DNA of 64,000 nt from Bacteroidota bacterium (GTDB lineage: Bacteria; Bacteroidota; Bacteroidia; 2-12-FULL-35-15): the NCBI GenBank assembly GCA_016722565.1, contig JADKIU010000007.1, positions 9,531-73,530 of the forward strand, read 5' to 3'. Of the stretch, positions 28,062-37,766 are shown piece by piece. How positions within the stretch are numbered: the first letter of the stretch is position 1; the number at the start of each line of letters is the position of its first letter. Under the pieces are notes generated by a model. That model saw only the letters and a list, made by a program, of their open reading frames with translations. It was not told where the DNA came from and made no database searches. The translations under genes were made by a program, and so were the position numbers.

Positions 28062-28876
28062 TTCAATCTTCTCAAAATAAGTTGCATTTGTTTGGTGATA
28101 TTGAATTTCAACTTAATCTTTGATTTGTATTTATCAGTCAACGCAACTTTTGATTTCACTAAAGCCTCTAATTCAGAAAAATCATCTTGCTCACTTAATC
28201 CATCGATCTTTATTACATCTTTAAACTCATATTCGTTTTTAGCAATTTTCTCTAGCTCAGAAACAATTGATTTTGCTCTGGTGGATGAATTGTCGAGTAA
28301 TAAATAATATTGCCATGCCAGCATTGCAGGAATCAATTTCCCTTGTTTAAGCGCCAAATTGGCCATTACATGATGACTGGAAGCATGGTATGGATTGCAT
28401 TTGATAGACTGAATCATCAAATCATGTGTTTCTGCATACTTTTCCTGGCGGTATTTCAAAATACCCAATTCAAAATAAAATGAATTATTCAAAGGGTATT
28501 TTTTTATTCCCTCGTTGTAAAGTTTCATCGCTTCATCACTTTTTCCCATCTTATCCAGCGCGTTTGCTTTGTAAAGCAATAAACTTGGAGCAAAAGAGGA
28601 AGGCAACACAGAAGCTTGGTCACAAACAATTACAGCCATAGAATCCTGTTCACTGGCGATATATGTATTTACCAATTCAACACATGCTAACACATAATTG
28701 GTATCGTTTGGATTTACTTTTTTAAATTCCACTATCGCTTCCGCGTATTTTTCTTCGTCATGTAAAGCGACACCTTTTTGGATAATTTTTTTTGAATCGA
28801 CTTCAAGGGAAGTTTGTGCATAAGAAAATGACACAACAGAGCAGAGCATGCTCACCAGCGTGATAATTTTGTTCAT
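28058..28876 (-). CDS. secreted TPR-like protein
   Basis: Signal peptide MNKIITLVSMLCSVVSFSYAQ. TPR-like helical repeats (EEKYAEAIVEFKK..., GKSDEAMKLYNEGIKKYP...). Confidence 0.7.
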   Translation of the reverse strand: MNKIITLVSMLCSVVSFSYAQTSLEVDSKKIIQKGVALHDEEKYAEAIVEFKKVNPNDTNYVLACVELVNTYIASEQDSMAVIVCDQASVLPSSFAPSLLLYKANALDKMGKSDEAMKLYNEGIKKYPLNNSFYFELGILKYRQEKYAETHDLMIQSIKCNPYHASSHHVMANLALKQGKLIPAMLAWQYYLLLDNSSTRAKSIVSELEKIAKNEYEFKDVIKIDGLSEQDDFSELEALVKSKVALTDKYKSKIKLKFNITKQMQLILRRLK

Positions 28877-29065
28877 AGGAATAGAGTATTTAGAACCTCA
28901 AGATAGGCAATAATTCCGAGAATTCAGGTTTTTTCTTTTCGCACTGGAAAAACTCATCATTTTGAGTGCAGGATGACAAAAATAGCCGAAAGCGATGTTC
29001 GCTAGAAACCCAATATAGATATGCTATAGCAGCTAATTAGACAGGAAAACACAATTCAAAACGCA

Positions 29066-30082
29066 TTAAATCGTCCATGTATTTTTTCCGCGAATCAATG
29101 CATCCAAATCACCATTACCTTTCGCTGCAATTGCCTCCGTAATTTGAGCATTCATTGCATCTTCATAGCAAAAACGATCTTCCGTATAAAACACACCAAA
29201 TGGACGCGGCAATGGATTTTCATCAGCAGGTGAAGAAAAGAAACGCACTAAAATATTGGCTTTCACTTGGTCTTTTTCATCGTGAATCCATAAATCGTTT
29301 GCTGATACGTCTGCAATATTTACAACAACAGGTTTGAATCCATCCAACTTAAATCCTTTATCGGCATGCTCTCCAAAAATCAAAGGCTTGCCATGCTCCA
29401 CCATTAAGGTATTTATTTTTTTTGTTCCTTTTTCGGTAAAAACTTCAAATGCTCCATCATTAAACACATTACAGTTTTGATAAATCTCCACCATCGATGT
29501 TCCTTTATGACCGTTTGCACGTTTTAAAATTTCACGCAAATGAATCGGATCACGATCCATCGAACGGGCAACAAATGTTGAATCCGCGCCAAGGCATAAT
29601 GCCAGCGGATTGAACGGATGATCAACAGAACCGGTTGGGGTGGATTTCGTTACTTTTCCTAATGGAGAAGCCGGAGAATATTGTCCTTTTGTTAAACCAT
29701 AAATTTCGTTGTTAAACAACAAAACGTTCACATCAAAATTCCTGCGCAACAAATGAATTAAATGATTTCCACCAATCGATAATGCATCACCATCACCGGT
29801 AACAATCCACACACTTAAATCAGGACGTGTTGCTTTAAGTCCGCTTGCAATGGCTGTAGCGCGACCGTGAATACTGTGCATCCCAAACGTTTCCATGTAA
29901 TATGGAAAACGTGAAGAGCATCCGATTCCGGAAATAAAAACAATTTGCTCACGCGGAATTCCAAGTTCAGGTATTACCGTTTGCACTTGTTTTAATATAG
30001 AATAATCACCGCAACCCGGGCACCAACGAACTTCTTGATCAGTGACAAAATCTTTAGCGGTTAATTTAGTAGTAGCTTCCAT
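29066..30082 (-). CDS. korB: 2-oxoglutarate/2-oxoacid:ferredoxin oxidoreductase, beta (TPP-binding) subunit
   Basis: [10 protein letters not shown] near the N-terminus and TPP motif GDGD...GGNH..H..RRN. Immediately follows the alpha subunit, with start/stop overlap at 30082. Confidence 0.9.
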   Translation of the reverse strand: MEATTKLTAKDFVTDQEVRWCPGCGDYSILKQVQTVIPELGIPREQIVFISGIGCSSRFPYYMETFGMHSIHGRATAIASGLKATRPDLSVWIVTGDGDALSIGGNHLIHLLRRNFDVNVLLFNNEIYGLTKGQYSPASPLGKVTKSTPTGSVDHPFNPLALCLGADSTFVARSMDRDPIHLREILKRANGHKGTSMVEIYQNCNVFNDGAFEVFTEKGTKKINTLMVEHGKPLIFGEHADKGFKLDGFKPVVVNIADVSANDLWIHDEKDQVKANILVRFFSSPADENPLPRPFGVFYTEDRFCYEDAMNAQITEAIAAKGNGDLDALIRGKNTWTI

Positions 30083-31950
30083 TATTTTAATAACTCGATA
30101 ATTTTATTTTTTAACTCCTCACTCGTAAAAGGCATTCCTTGAATTTTATTTAATCCTTTCGCATCAATAAAATATTTGTCGCGAATAATTTTTATTAATT
30201 GTCCGTTATTCAATTCAGGAACCAATACTTGGTCATAGCTCTTTAAAATCTCACCTAAATTTTTAGGAAACGGATTTAAATATTTCACATGTGCATGGGC
30301 TACATCGTATCCGTCAGCAATCAATTCGCGTATTGCAGTTTTAATGGAACCATAAGTGGATCCCCAACCCAAAACCAATAATTTTCCTTTTGCACCCGCC
30401 TGTCCGGCAGGCAGGTTCCCATTATCAATTGTTTGCAATGGAATATAATCCGCAATTTTATCCACCTTCGCTTGACGCAATTTCACCATCAATTGATGAT
30501 TTTCGGGATCGTATGAAATATTTCCTGTTTCATTTTCTTTTTCAATCCCTCCTACTCGATGCTCCAATCCTTTTGTTCCGGGGATTGCCCAAGGGCGTGC
30601 TAACTTTTCGTTGCGTTTATATGGTAAAAAGGATTCGCCTTCTTTCAATTCATTTTTCGCAAATGTCACTTTCAATTCAGGTAAATCTGCTGCAGATGGG
30701 AATTTCCAAGGTTCAGCACCGTTGGCAATGTATCCATCACTTAAGAAAAATACCGGAGTCATAAATTCAAGTGCTAATCGGCATGCTTCAAACGCTCCGA
30801 AAAAACAATCGGAAGGCGTATATGCTGCAATTACAGGAACAGGTGCTTCACCATTTCTTCCATACATGGCTTGTAATAAATCCGACTGTTCAGTTTTTGT
30901 TGGTAAGCCAGTACTTGGTCCACCACGTTGCACATTGACAATCACCAATGGAATTTCAAGCATCAACGCTAATCCAATCGCTTCACCTTTTAGAGCAATA
31001 CCGGGACTGGAGGAAGCGGTTACACCGAGTGCACCACCAAAAGAAGCACCAATAGAAGAAGTGATGGCAGCAATTTCATCTTCTGCCTGAAATGTTTTTA
31101 CTCCGAAATTTTTATGTTTTGATAATTCATGCAAAATATCTGAAGCCGGTGTGATGGGATACGTTCCGTAAAACAATGTCAGTCCGGCTTTTTGAGCCGC
31201 TGCAATCAATCCCAAAGCCGCAGCCTGATTACCCATAATGCTTCGGTAGGTGCCTTTTTCAACGGGAGCCGGTTTCACTTCAAAACGGTTCATCGGTGTT
31301 TCCACCGTATCGCCATAATGATAACCAGCCTTTAACACTTTCACATTCGCATCAATTAATTCCGGTCGCTTTTTAAATTGTTCTTTTAAAAATTCGATAG
31401 AACTTTCGATGGAGCGGTTGTACATCCAATAAATATATCCGAGAACGAACATATTTTTAGAACGATCCATTTCTTTTGTTCCTAATCCGGAATCAGCAAG
31501 GGCAGTGCGCGTAATTTTTGTAACGTCAATTTCGTATACCTTATATTTTTCGAGCGAGCCATCTTTTAAAGGATGAACGCCATCCGGATATTTCGCCAAT
31601 TTTAAATTTTTAGGATCAAATCCATCGGTATTGGCAATAATGATTCCGCCCGGTTTTAATTGTTTGATGTTTGCTTTAAGAGCAGCAGCATTCATCACCA
31701 CCAATACATCAAATGCATCACCTGCTGTAAAAATTTCAACACTACCAAAATGCAATTGAAATCCTGAAACACCTGCTATTGTTCCTTGCGGAGCGCGAAT
31801 TTCGGCTGGGAAATTCGGGAATGTACTAATGTCATTACCATACAATGCGGCTGTGGTGGTGAATTGAGAGCCTGTTAACTGGATACCATCACCGGAATCG
31901 CCTGCAAAAAGAATGACTACGTCTGTTTTTATTTCTGTTTTTGAACTCAT
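30082..31950 (-). CDS. korA: 2-oxoglutarate/2-oxoacid:ferredoxin oxidoreductase, alpha subunit
   Basis: 622 aa. The gamma-like N-terminal domain ([13 protein letters not shown]) is fused to the alpha domain ([15 protein letters not shown]), the typical KorA architecture. Confidence 0.9.
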   Translation of the reverse strand: MSSKTEIKTDVVILFAGDSGDGIQLTGSQFTTTAALYGNDISTFPNFPAEIRAPQGTIAGVSGFQLHFGSVEIFTAGDAFDVLVVMNAAALKANIKQLKPGGIIIANTDGFDPKNLKLAKYPDGVHPLKDGSLEKYKVYEIDVTKITRTALADSGLGTKEMDRSKNMFVLGYIYWMYNRSIESSIEFLKEQFKKRPELIDANVKVLKAGYHYGDTVETPMNRFEVKPAPVEKGTYRSIMGNQAAALGLIAAAQKAGLTLFYGTYPITPASDILHELSKHKNFGVKTFQAEDEIAAITSSIGASFGGALGVTASSSPGIALKGEAIGLALMLEIPLVIVNVQRGGPSTGLPTKTEQSDLLQAMYGRNGEAPVPVIAAYTPSDCFFGAFEACRLALEFMTPVFFLSDGYIANGAEPWKFPSAADLPELKVTFAKNELKEGESFLPYKRNEKLARPWAIPGTKGLEHRVGGIEKENETGNISYDPENHQLMVKLRQAKVDKIADYIPLQTIDNGNLPAGQAGAKGKLLVLGWGSTYGSIKTAIRELIADGYDVAHAHVKYLNPFPKNLGEILKSYDQVLVPELNNGQLIKIIRDKYFIDAKGLNKIQGMPFTSEELKNKIIELLK

Positions 31951-32205
31951 TTGAAGTACAAAGTTAATTTAAAGCAAAAAGGTTTTCCCACTACTGGAAA
32001 AACCTTTTAAATACGTATTGTTAATATATATTAAAAATCAATCCAGATAAGCATTACGCTTACAGCACATCAAGCAACACATTGGATTATATTGAAGGGA
32101 TTGAATCATTTTGTTTTCCTTTATTTCGGTTACAAATGTACAGAATAATATTATTCTGACAACAAAAACTTGATTTGTGTAAAGAAAATGGTTTATTTTG
32201 TTGTA

Positions 32206-33437
32206 ATGAAGAAATTAGCGGTTTTAGTTGTCGTTTTTGTTTTTGGCACTTCGGTGTTAACAGCAGGTGGTTTTCAAATTAATTTGCAGGGACAAAAACA
32301 AACAGGAATGGGACATGCAGGCACAGGATTGTGCTTGGACAATGCCAGCATTTTATTTAATCCGGGGGCACTTTCTTTCCTTGATTCATTAAAAGGAATA
32401 TATATTGGGGCGAGTTTTATTATGCCCAAAACCACCTATGCAGATTATGCTACCCATTATGTGGCACATCCGGTTAAACACATTGGAACCCTTTTACCTT
32501 ATATGGTGTTTATAAATTCAAAAAAGCAAAAAACTGGAATTGCGGACTGGGCATCTATACCCCTTTTGGCAGCAAAGTACAATGGGAAGATGATTGGAAA
32601 GGTCAGTTTCTGATCCGTGAAATCGATTTAAAAACCATTTTTATTCAACCAACCGTTTCTTACAAAGTAACCGACCGGCTTGGTATTGGAGCCGGATTCA
32701 TCTATGCCACAGGAAGTTTCTCTTTAAGAAAAGGCGTACCATTGCAAGATTCACTTGGAAATTATGGTGAAGGAAACTTGGAAGGAAAAGCAAGCGGGTA
32801 CGGGTTTAATGCCGGTATCTATTTCAAAGCCACAGAAAAATTTTCAATCGGATTCGATTATCGTTCCGAAGTAAAAGTTTCTGTCAATGGCGGAACGGCT
32901 GAATTTAACGTTCCATCGTCATTGGGTTACAAATTCCCAAGCACCACATTTTCTACACAACTTCGTTTGCCTCAGGTAGCAACACTTGGTTTAGGATATA
33001 CTCCAAATAACAAATTAAAATTAGCATTTGATGTCAACTTTGTAGGTTGGAAATCTTATGATTCATTGGTAATTGATTTTGCCGACAATACAGATGCGTT
33101 AAAAGATATTCATTCACCACGTATGTATAAAAATTCATACATTTTTCGTTTGGGTGCACAGTACAAGTTAAATGAAAAGTGGACCATTCGTTGCGGGACC
33201 TATTACGATATGACTCCTGTAAAGGCAGGTTACCTAACACCGGAGACACCAGATTCAGATAAACTTGGAATCACAGCAGGTGCCTCGTTCAACATCACGA
33301 AAAAAATTCATTTGGATGCTTCCTTTTTATATATAGAAGGCAAAAAGAGAACCGATACAAATCTGGAAACAGAATTTACAGGAACTTACAAAACGAGAGC
33401 CTTGGTTCCGGGTGTAAGTTTAGAATATGTTTTTTAA
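32206..33437 (+). pseudogene. FadL/OMPP1/TodX-family outer-membrane transport protein, interrupted by a 1-nt frameshift at the CCC run 32489-32491
   Basis: N-terminus MKKLAVLVVVFVFGTSVLTAGGFQINLQGQKQTGMGHAG (FadL-like). The reading frame switches at GGAACCCTTTT. Adding one C restores ...VKHIGTPFTLYGVYKFKKAKNWNCGLGIYTPFGSKVQWEDDWKGQFLIREIDLKT... continuous with the 32742-33437 ORF. Confidence 0.8.
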
Positions 33438-33493
33438 TTTTTTTATTTCAACCACTTTACTATCTTTATATTAAATCCTAACTAAAAAACTAC

Positions 33494-34783
33494 ATGAGAA
33501 AACTTTACTTATTTATTGCCGGAGGTTTAATTTTGGCATCTTCAGCATCATTAAACGCGCAATGTGCAGGCAATCGCTATCACGATTATATTTTCCCTGC
33601 GACTCCTACTAAAACAGCCGATGTTGTTTATGGAACTAACATTAAGGAGACTGGTTCATCCCAAACCTTATTAATGGATGTGTATCAACCAACCGGTGAT
33701 GTTTCTACATCACGTGCTTTGGTTATTGTTGCGCATGGCGGAAGTTTTATTGGAGGATCAAAAACAGGAACAGATGTTGTACCTCTTTGTAATGACTTAG
33801 CAAAATTAGGATACGTAGCTGTTTCTATTGAGTACCGCTTGGGAATGAATAACTTTCCAATACCGGGACCAGATTCATCGGATGCAACAGAAGCAGTAAT
33901 GCGCGCTGTGCATGATGGAAGAGCTGCTGTTCGTTATATGAGAAAAAATGCACGCGTTGGTGGAAACACTTATAAAATTGACACGAACAATATCTTTTTT
34001 GCAGGTGTTTCTGCAGGAGGATTTATTGCATTGCACTTAGCATACTTAGATCAATTGGCCGAATACCCAAATTATATTGACACACTACAACCAGGATTAC
34101 TTGGTGGTGTTGAAGGATTGAGTGGAAGTCAAGGTTACCCTTCCAATGTAAAAGCTGTTGTAAATATATGTGGAGCGCTTGGTGATACCACTTGGATTAA
34201 ACCGGGCGATGAACCTGTGTTGAGTTTCCATGGAACAAATGACAATACAGTACCTTACGGCTCAGCGATTATTGTTCTTTCCGGATTTTATCCGTTGTTA
34301 GAAGTAGATGGAAGTTCAAGTGTTCATGAACAAGCAAACGCTATGGGTTTAGAAAATTGTTTTGTAACATGGCCAGGACAAGATCATGTTCCTGAAGTAG
34401 GAACAAGCGCATCAGCCTTGGCACATTATGATTCAACCATTACCATTACACGTAACTTCTTGGAACATTACACCTGTGGAGTTCCGCTCAATTGCAATTA
34501 CACAGCAACGCCTGCTTTAGGGCTGGATGAACTTTCTGCAGAGGCTGCATTTGCCATCTATCCAAATCCGGCAAATACTTCTGCAACAGTTGACCTTTCT
34601 CAATTTAACGGATACGAGGTAGCAATTGAATTGTATGATGCAATGGGACGTCAAGTAAAAAGCATCAGCAACATTAAAACAGATACCTACATTATGCAAC
34701 GCGATAATTTGCAAAGCGGTATTTACTTTATGAATGTGATGGTGGACGGAAGACGCTTCAGCAAAAAAATTATTTTTGAATAG
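33494..34783 (+). CDS. alpha/beta-hydrolase (carboxylesterase-like) with T9SS type-A C-terminal domain
   Basis: Signal peptide. Oxyanion-type AHGGSFIGG and nucleophile elbow GVSAGG. C-terminus FAIYPNPANTSATVDL...GIYFMNVMVDGRRFSKKIIFE. Confidence 0.8.
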   Translation: MRKLYLFIAGGLILASSASLNAQCAGNRYHDYIFPATPTKTADVVYGTNIKETGSSQTLLMDVYQPTGDVSTSRALVIVAHGGSFIGGSKTGTDVVPLCNDLAKLGYVAVSIEYRLGMNNFPIPGPDSSDATEAVMRAVHDGRAAVRYMRKNARVGGNTYKIDTNNIFFAGVSAGGFIALHLAYLDQLAEYPNYIDTLQPGLLGGVEGLSGSQGYPSNVKAVVNICGALGDTTWIKPGDEPVLSFHGTNDNTVPYGSAIIVLSGFYPLLEVDGSSSVHEQANAMGLENCFVTWPGQDHVPEVGTSASALAHYDSTITITRNFLEHYTCGVPLNCNYTATPALGLDELSAEAAFAIYPNPANTSATVDLSQFNGYEVAIELYDAMGRQVKSISNIKTDTYIMQRDNLQSGIYFMNVMVDGRRFSKKIIFE

Positions 34784-34802
34784 GATTTTAATTCCTAATT
34801 CT

Positions 34803-34845
34803 AAAAAGATCCTCCTTGCTATTGCAGGGAGGATCTTTTGTTTTA
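34803..34845 (+). terminator. intrinsic terminator after the esterase gene
   Basis: GATCCTCCTTGC-TATT-GCAGGGAGGATC (12-bp stem, one G:U pair) followed by TTTTGTTTT. Confidence 0.75.
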
Positions 34846-34987
34846 AGGGATAGATGCAGTATCTTTGAAGGAAAGTGCATACAAACAATTAAATAAAGAA
34901 TCAATTATTCTGGCTATAAAAATGTCACTAGCCAGATTGAGCAATTGATGAAAAATGACTTTTTCCTAGTTAATAATTTCAAACACA

Positions 34988-36391
34988 ATGAGTCCACAAG
35001 AAGAATCTAACCAAGAGATTGAAACAGGTAAACTAAAAATAGAAAGACTATTAAAATCGCAACGGTCATTTTATAACTCACACCAAACAAAAGATATCAC
35101 TTTCAGATTAGACGCATTAAAAAAGCTCAAAAAAACTATTTTAAAATACGAAAAAAAAATACTTGATGCTTTGTGGCAAGATCTGCACAAATCTTTAGAA
35201 GAAGCCTATTTAACAGAAGTATCTATTGTTATACAAGAGATTGACAATCACTTGAAGCACCTAAAAAATTGGAGCAGAACAGAAACCGTTCCAACACCAA
35301 TCTATTTATTTCCTTCTAAAAGTAAAATCGTTACTGAACCTTTAGGTGTTTCACTGATTATTGCTCCATGGAATTACCCCTTTCAACTATTAATGAATCC
35401 GTTAGTTGGTTCTATTGCAGCAGGAAATTGTGCAATATTAAAACCATCCCCTGATGCTGCTTGCATAGCAAAAGTAATGGAAGAATTAACTCTTGAAGCG
35501 TTTCCTTCTAATTACAATTGTGTAATTCAAGGCGATCGGATGATAAATGAATTACTATTAAAACAACATTTCGATATCATCTTTTTTACAGGAAGTTCTG
35601 CTGTAGGTAAAATAATTATGAAGGCAGCTGCTGCAAACTTAACTCCTGTAGTTCTAGAGTTAGGTGGCAAAAGCCCATGTATTGTTGACAAAGACGCCAA
35701 TCTTGATATTGCAGCAAAGCGCATTGCTTGGGGCAAAACCATTAATGCAGGTCAAACTTGCATTGCTCCCGATTATTTGTTTGTGCATGAAGATGTGAAA
35801 GAAGAATTACTAAAAAAAATCGGCTTACACATAGAAAAAATGTATGGTAAAGAAATAAAAAGTAGCAAATTTTATCCAAGAATCATTAATCAAAGAGCCG
35901 TTGAACGATTGCAGAAATTAATGCTGGATGGGAAAATCATTTATGGAGGAAATACGGATATAGCTGAAAATTTTATTGAACCGACAATCATCGATGAAAT
36001 AAAATCAGAGCATCCAATTATGCAGGAAGAAATCTTCGGTCCAATATTACCCCTCCTTTCATTCCAAAATATAAATGAAGTAATTGATTATGTAAATTCA
36101 AAAGAAAAACCATTGGCTTGTTATTTTTTTGGAAACAGCTCACAAACCCAAAAAATAGTCGCAACAATTTCGGCTGGAGGCATGTGCATTAATGACACAA
36201 TAATGCACGTTGCTAATCATCATTTACCATTTGGAGGAGTAGGGAATAGTGGCATAGGAAAATATCACGGTAAACAAAGTTTTCTAGCATTCAGCAATCA
36301 AAAAGCAGTTGTATATGCTTCCACTTGGATTGATTTACCAATGAAATATCCACCTTTCAAGTATTTTAATTTTATTAAAAAATTTATCTAG
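34988..36391 (+). CDS. NAD(P)-dependent aldehyde dehydrogenase (class-3-like)
   Basis: Catalytic motifs LELGGKSP (Glu) and GQTCIAPDY (Cys). 467 aa. Confidence 0.9.
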   Translation: MSPQEESNQEIETGKLKIERLLKSQRSFYNSHQTKDITFRLDALKKLKKTILKYEKKILDALWQDLHKSLEEAYLTEVSIVIQEIDNHLKHLKNWSRTETVPTPIYLFPSKSKIVTEPLGVSLIIAPWNYPFQLLMNPLVGSIAAGNCAILKPSPDAACIAKVMEELTLEAFPSNYNCVIQGDRMINELLLKQHFDIIFFTGSSAVGKIIMKAAAANLTPVVLELGGKSPCIVDKDANLDIAAKRIAWGKTINAGQTCIAPDYLFVHEDVKEELLKKIGLHIEKMYGKEIKSSKFYPRIINQRAVERLQKLMLDGKIIYGGNTDIAENFIEPTIIDEIKSEHPIMQEEIFGPILPLLSFQNINEVIDYVNSKEKPLACYFFGNSSQTQKIVATISAGGMCINDTIMHVANHHLPFGGVGNSGIGKYHGKQSFLAFSNQKAVVYASTWIDLPMKYPPFKYFNFIKKFI

Positions 36392-36405
36392 AGAGCTAAA
36401 TTTTC

Positions 36406-37299
36406 TTACATCAAGGAAGAGCTTGTGTCTCCCACAACCAATTTCATTCTTCGTCCAAGCACCAACCCTAGATTTCTATTAACATGTCCTGCAGGAAAGT
36501 TAAAACAGACAGGATAATTATAATCTTTTACTGCGTCCAAAATAATTTCTTCTGCCGTTTTTCCAAACGGAATCTGATTGTCTTTCATATCAGTCATGCC
36601 TCCAACAACCAATCCTGCTAAGTCGCTTAACTTACCATAGCGTTTTAAACTCACCATCATCCGATCGAGATGATATAAATACTCATCCAAATCTTCAATG
36701 AATAAAATTTTTCCTTTGGTATGAATGCTCGAAGCACTTCCTGCTAATGCATAGAGTAAGGATAAATTCCCTCCTACCACTTGGGCTTCCACAACGCCTG
36801 TTTTATTTAAAGGATGTTTTTCTATTTGATACACTAACTTTTCACCAAACAACAGTTTTTGCATCGTCTCCACCGCCTCCGCATTTACAGAAAAATTAAT
36901 GGGCATTGTTGCATGCAACGTTTCTATTCCGAAATTATGAATGTGTGAATGTAATACAGTAATGTCACTGTAACCAATTATCCATTTAGGATGTTGTTTA
37001 AATTTTGTAAAATCAATTTGATCAACAATACGCATCGTCCCATAACCACCGCGAGCACTTATAACTGCTTTAATGGAATCATCATCCAATGCTGATTGCA
37101 AGTCCGCTGCACGTTCGGCATCAGCACCTGAAAACTGATGATCGCTGCCAAATAAATTTTTGCTCAATACCACTTCCAAGCCCCATCTTTTGAAGGTATC
37201 AATTGCCGTTTGAAGTTCCTGCAACGTAATTTTGCGAGCGGAAGCTACAATGGCAATTTTATCGCCTGGTTTTAAAAATGGAGGTTGAATTAAATTCAT
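36406..37299 (-). CDS. LD-carboxypeptidase (peptidase S66)
   Basis: IVASARK..., ARGGYG and the nucleophile context IIGYSDITVLH. 297 aa. Confidence 0.8.
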   Translation of the reverse strand: MNLIQPPFLKPGDKIAIVASARKITLQELQTAIDTFKRWGLEVVLSKNLFGSDHQFSGADAERAADLQSALDDDSIKAVISARGGYGTMRIVDQIDFTKFKQHPKWIIGYSDITVLHSHIHNFGIETLHATMPINFSVNAEAVETMQKLLFGEKLVYQIEKHPLNKTGVVEAQVVGGNLSLLYALAGSASSIHTKGKILFIEDLDEYLYHLDRMMVSLKRYGKLSDLAGLVVGGMTDMKDNQIPFGKTAEEIILDAVKDYNYPVCFNFPAGHVNRNLGLVLGRRMKLVVGDTSSSLM

Positions 37300-37341
37300 T
37301 GTTCGTGATTATTTTAACAAAAGTAATCGGATATTTGCAGA

Positions 37342-37695
37342 ATGACAAAAACGGACATTCATTCACCATCAGATGTAACAAAGCTAATCAAAACTTTTTA
37401 CGATAAATTATTGACGAGTAGCATCAATCATCACTTCGTAAATCTGAATTTAGAAGAACATCTGCCACGCATCGACAGCTTTTGGAATGCCACGCTCTTT
37501 CCAGACCACACCTACGCACAAAATTTAGTAGAAAAACACATGCATTTGCCCTTAAAAAAGGAAGAATTTGCAGTCTGGTTGAGCTTTTTCCATGCTACTG
37601 TTGATGAGTTATTTGCCGGAACAAATGCTGATATTACCAAAAACAGAGCCTCCAGCATTGCTTATATTATGCAAAAGAAGCTACTCAAGGATTAA
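37342..37695 (+). CDS. small globin-like protein (possibly group III truncated hemoglobin)
   Basis: 117 aa, all-helical, with an N-terminal ...LIKTFYDKLL... pattern like truncated-globin family members. The call is weak and from memory. Confidence 0.45.
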   Translation: MTKTDIHSPSDVTKLIKTFYDKLLTSSINHHFVNLNLEEHLPRIDSFWNATLFPDHTYAQNLVEKHMHLPLKKEEFAVWLSFFHATVDELFAGTNADITKNRASSIAYIMQKKLLKD

Positions 37696-37766
37696 TTTGT
37701 ATTTTTGTTAGCCTTATTTCGAATACGCCTATTCGAAGAGGAAATTGAAAATCAGTAAAAGAATTT

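Noticed and set aside
27786-28307. 173-aa plus-strand ORF
   Set aside because: It is antisense to the MORN and TPR genes, spans their junction, has an I/F/L-rich low-complexity product typical of AT-rich antisense frames, and has no upstream signals.
30611-31090. 159-aa plus-strand ORF inside korA. A similar case is the 161-aa ORF at 58551-59036 inside the LuxE-like gene.
   Set aside because: It is antisense to a gene with strong family motifs. It is an ORF-track artefact.
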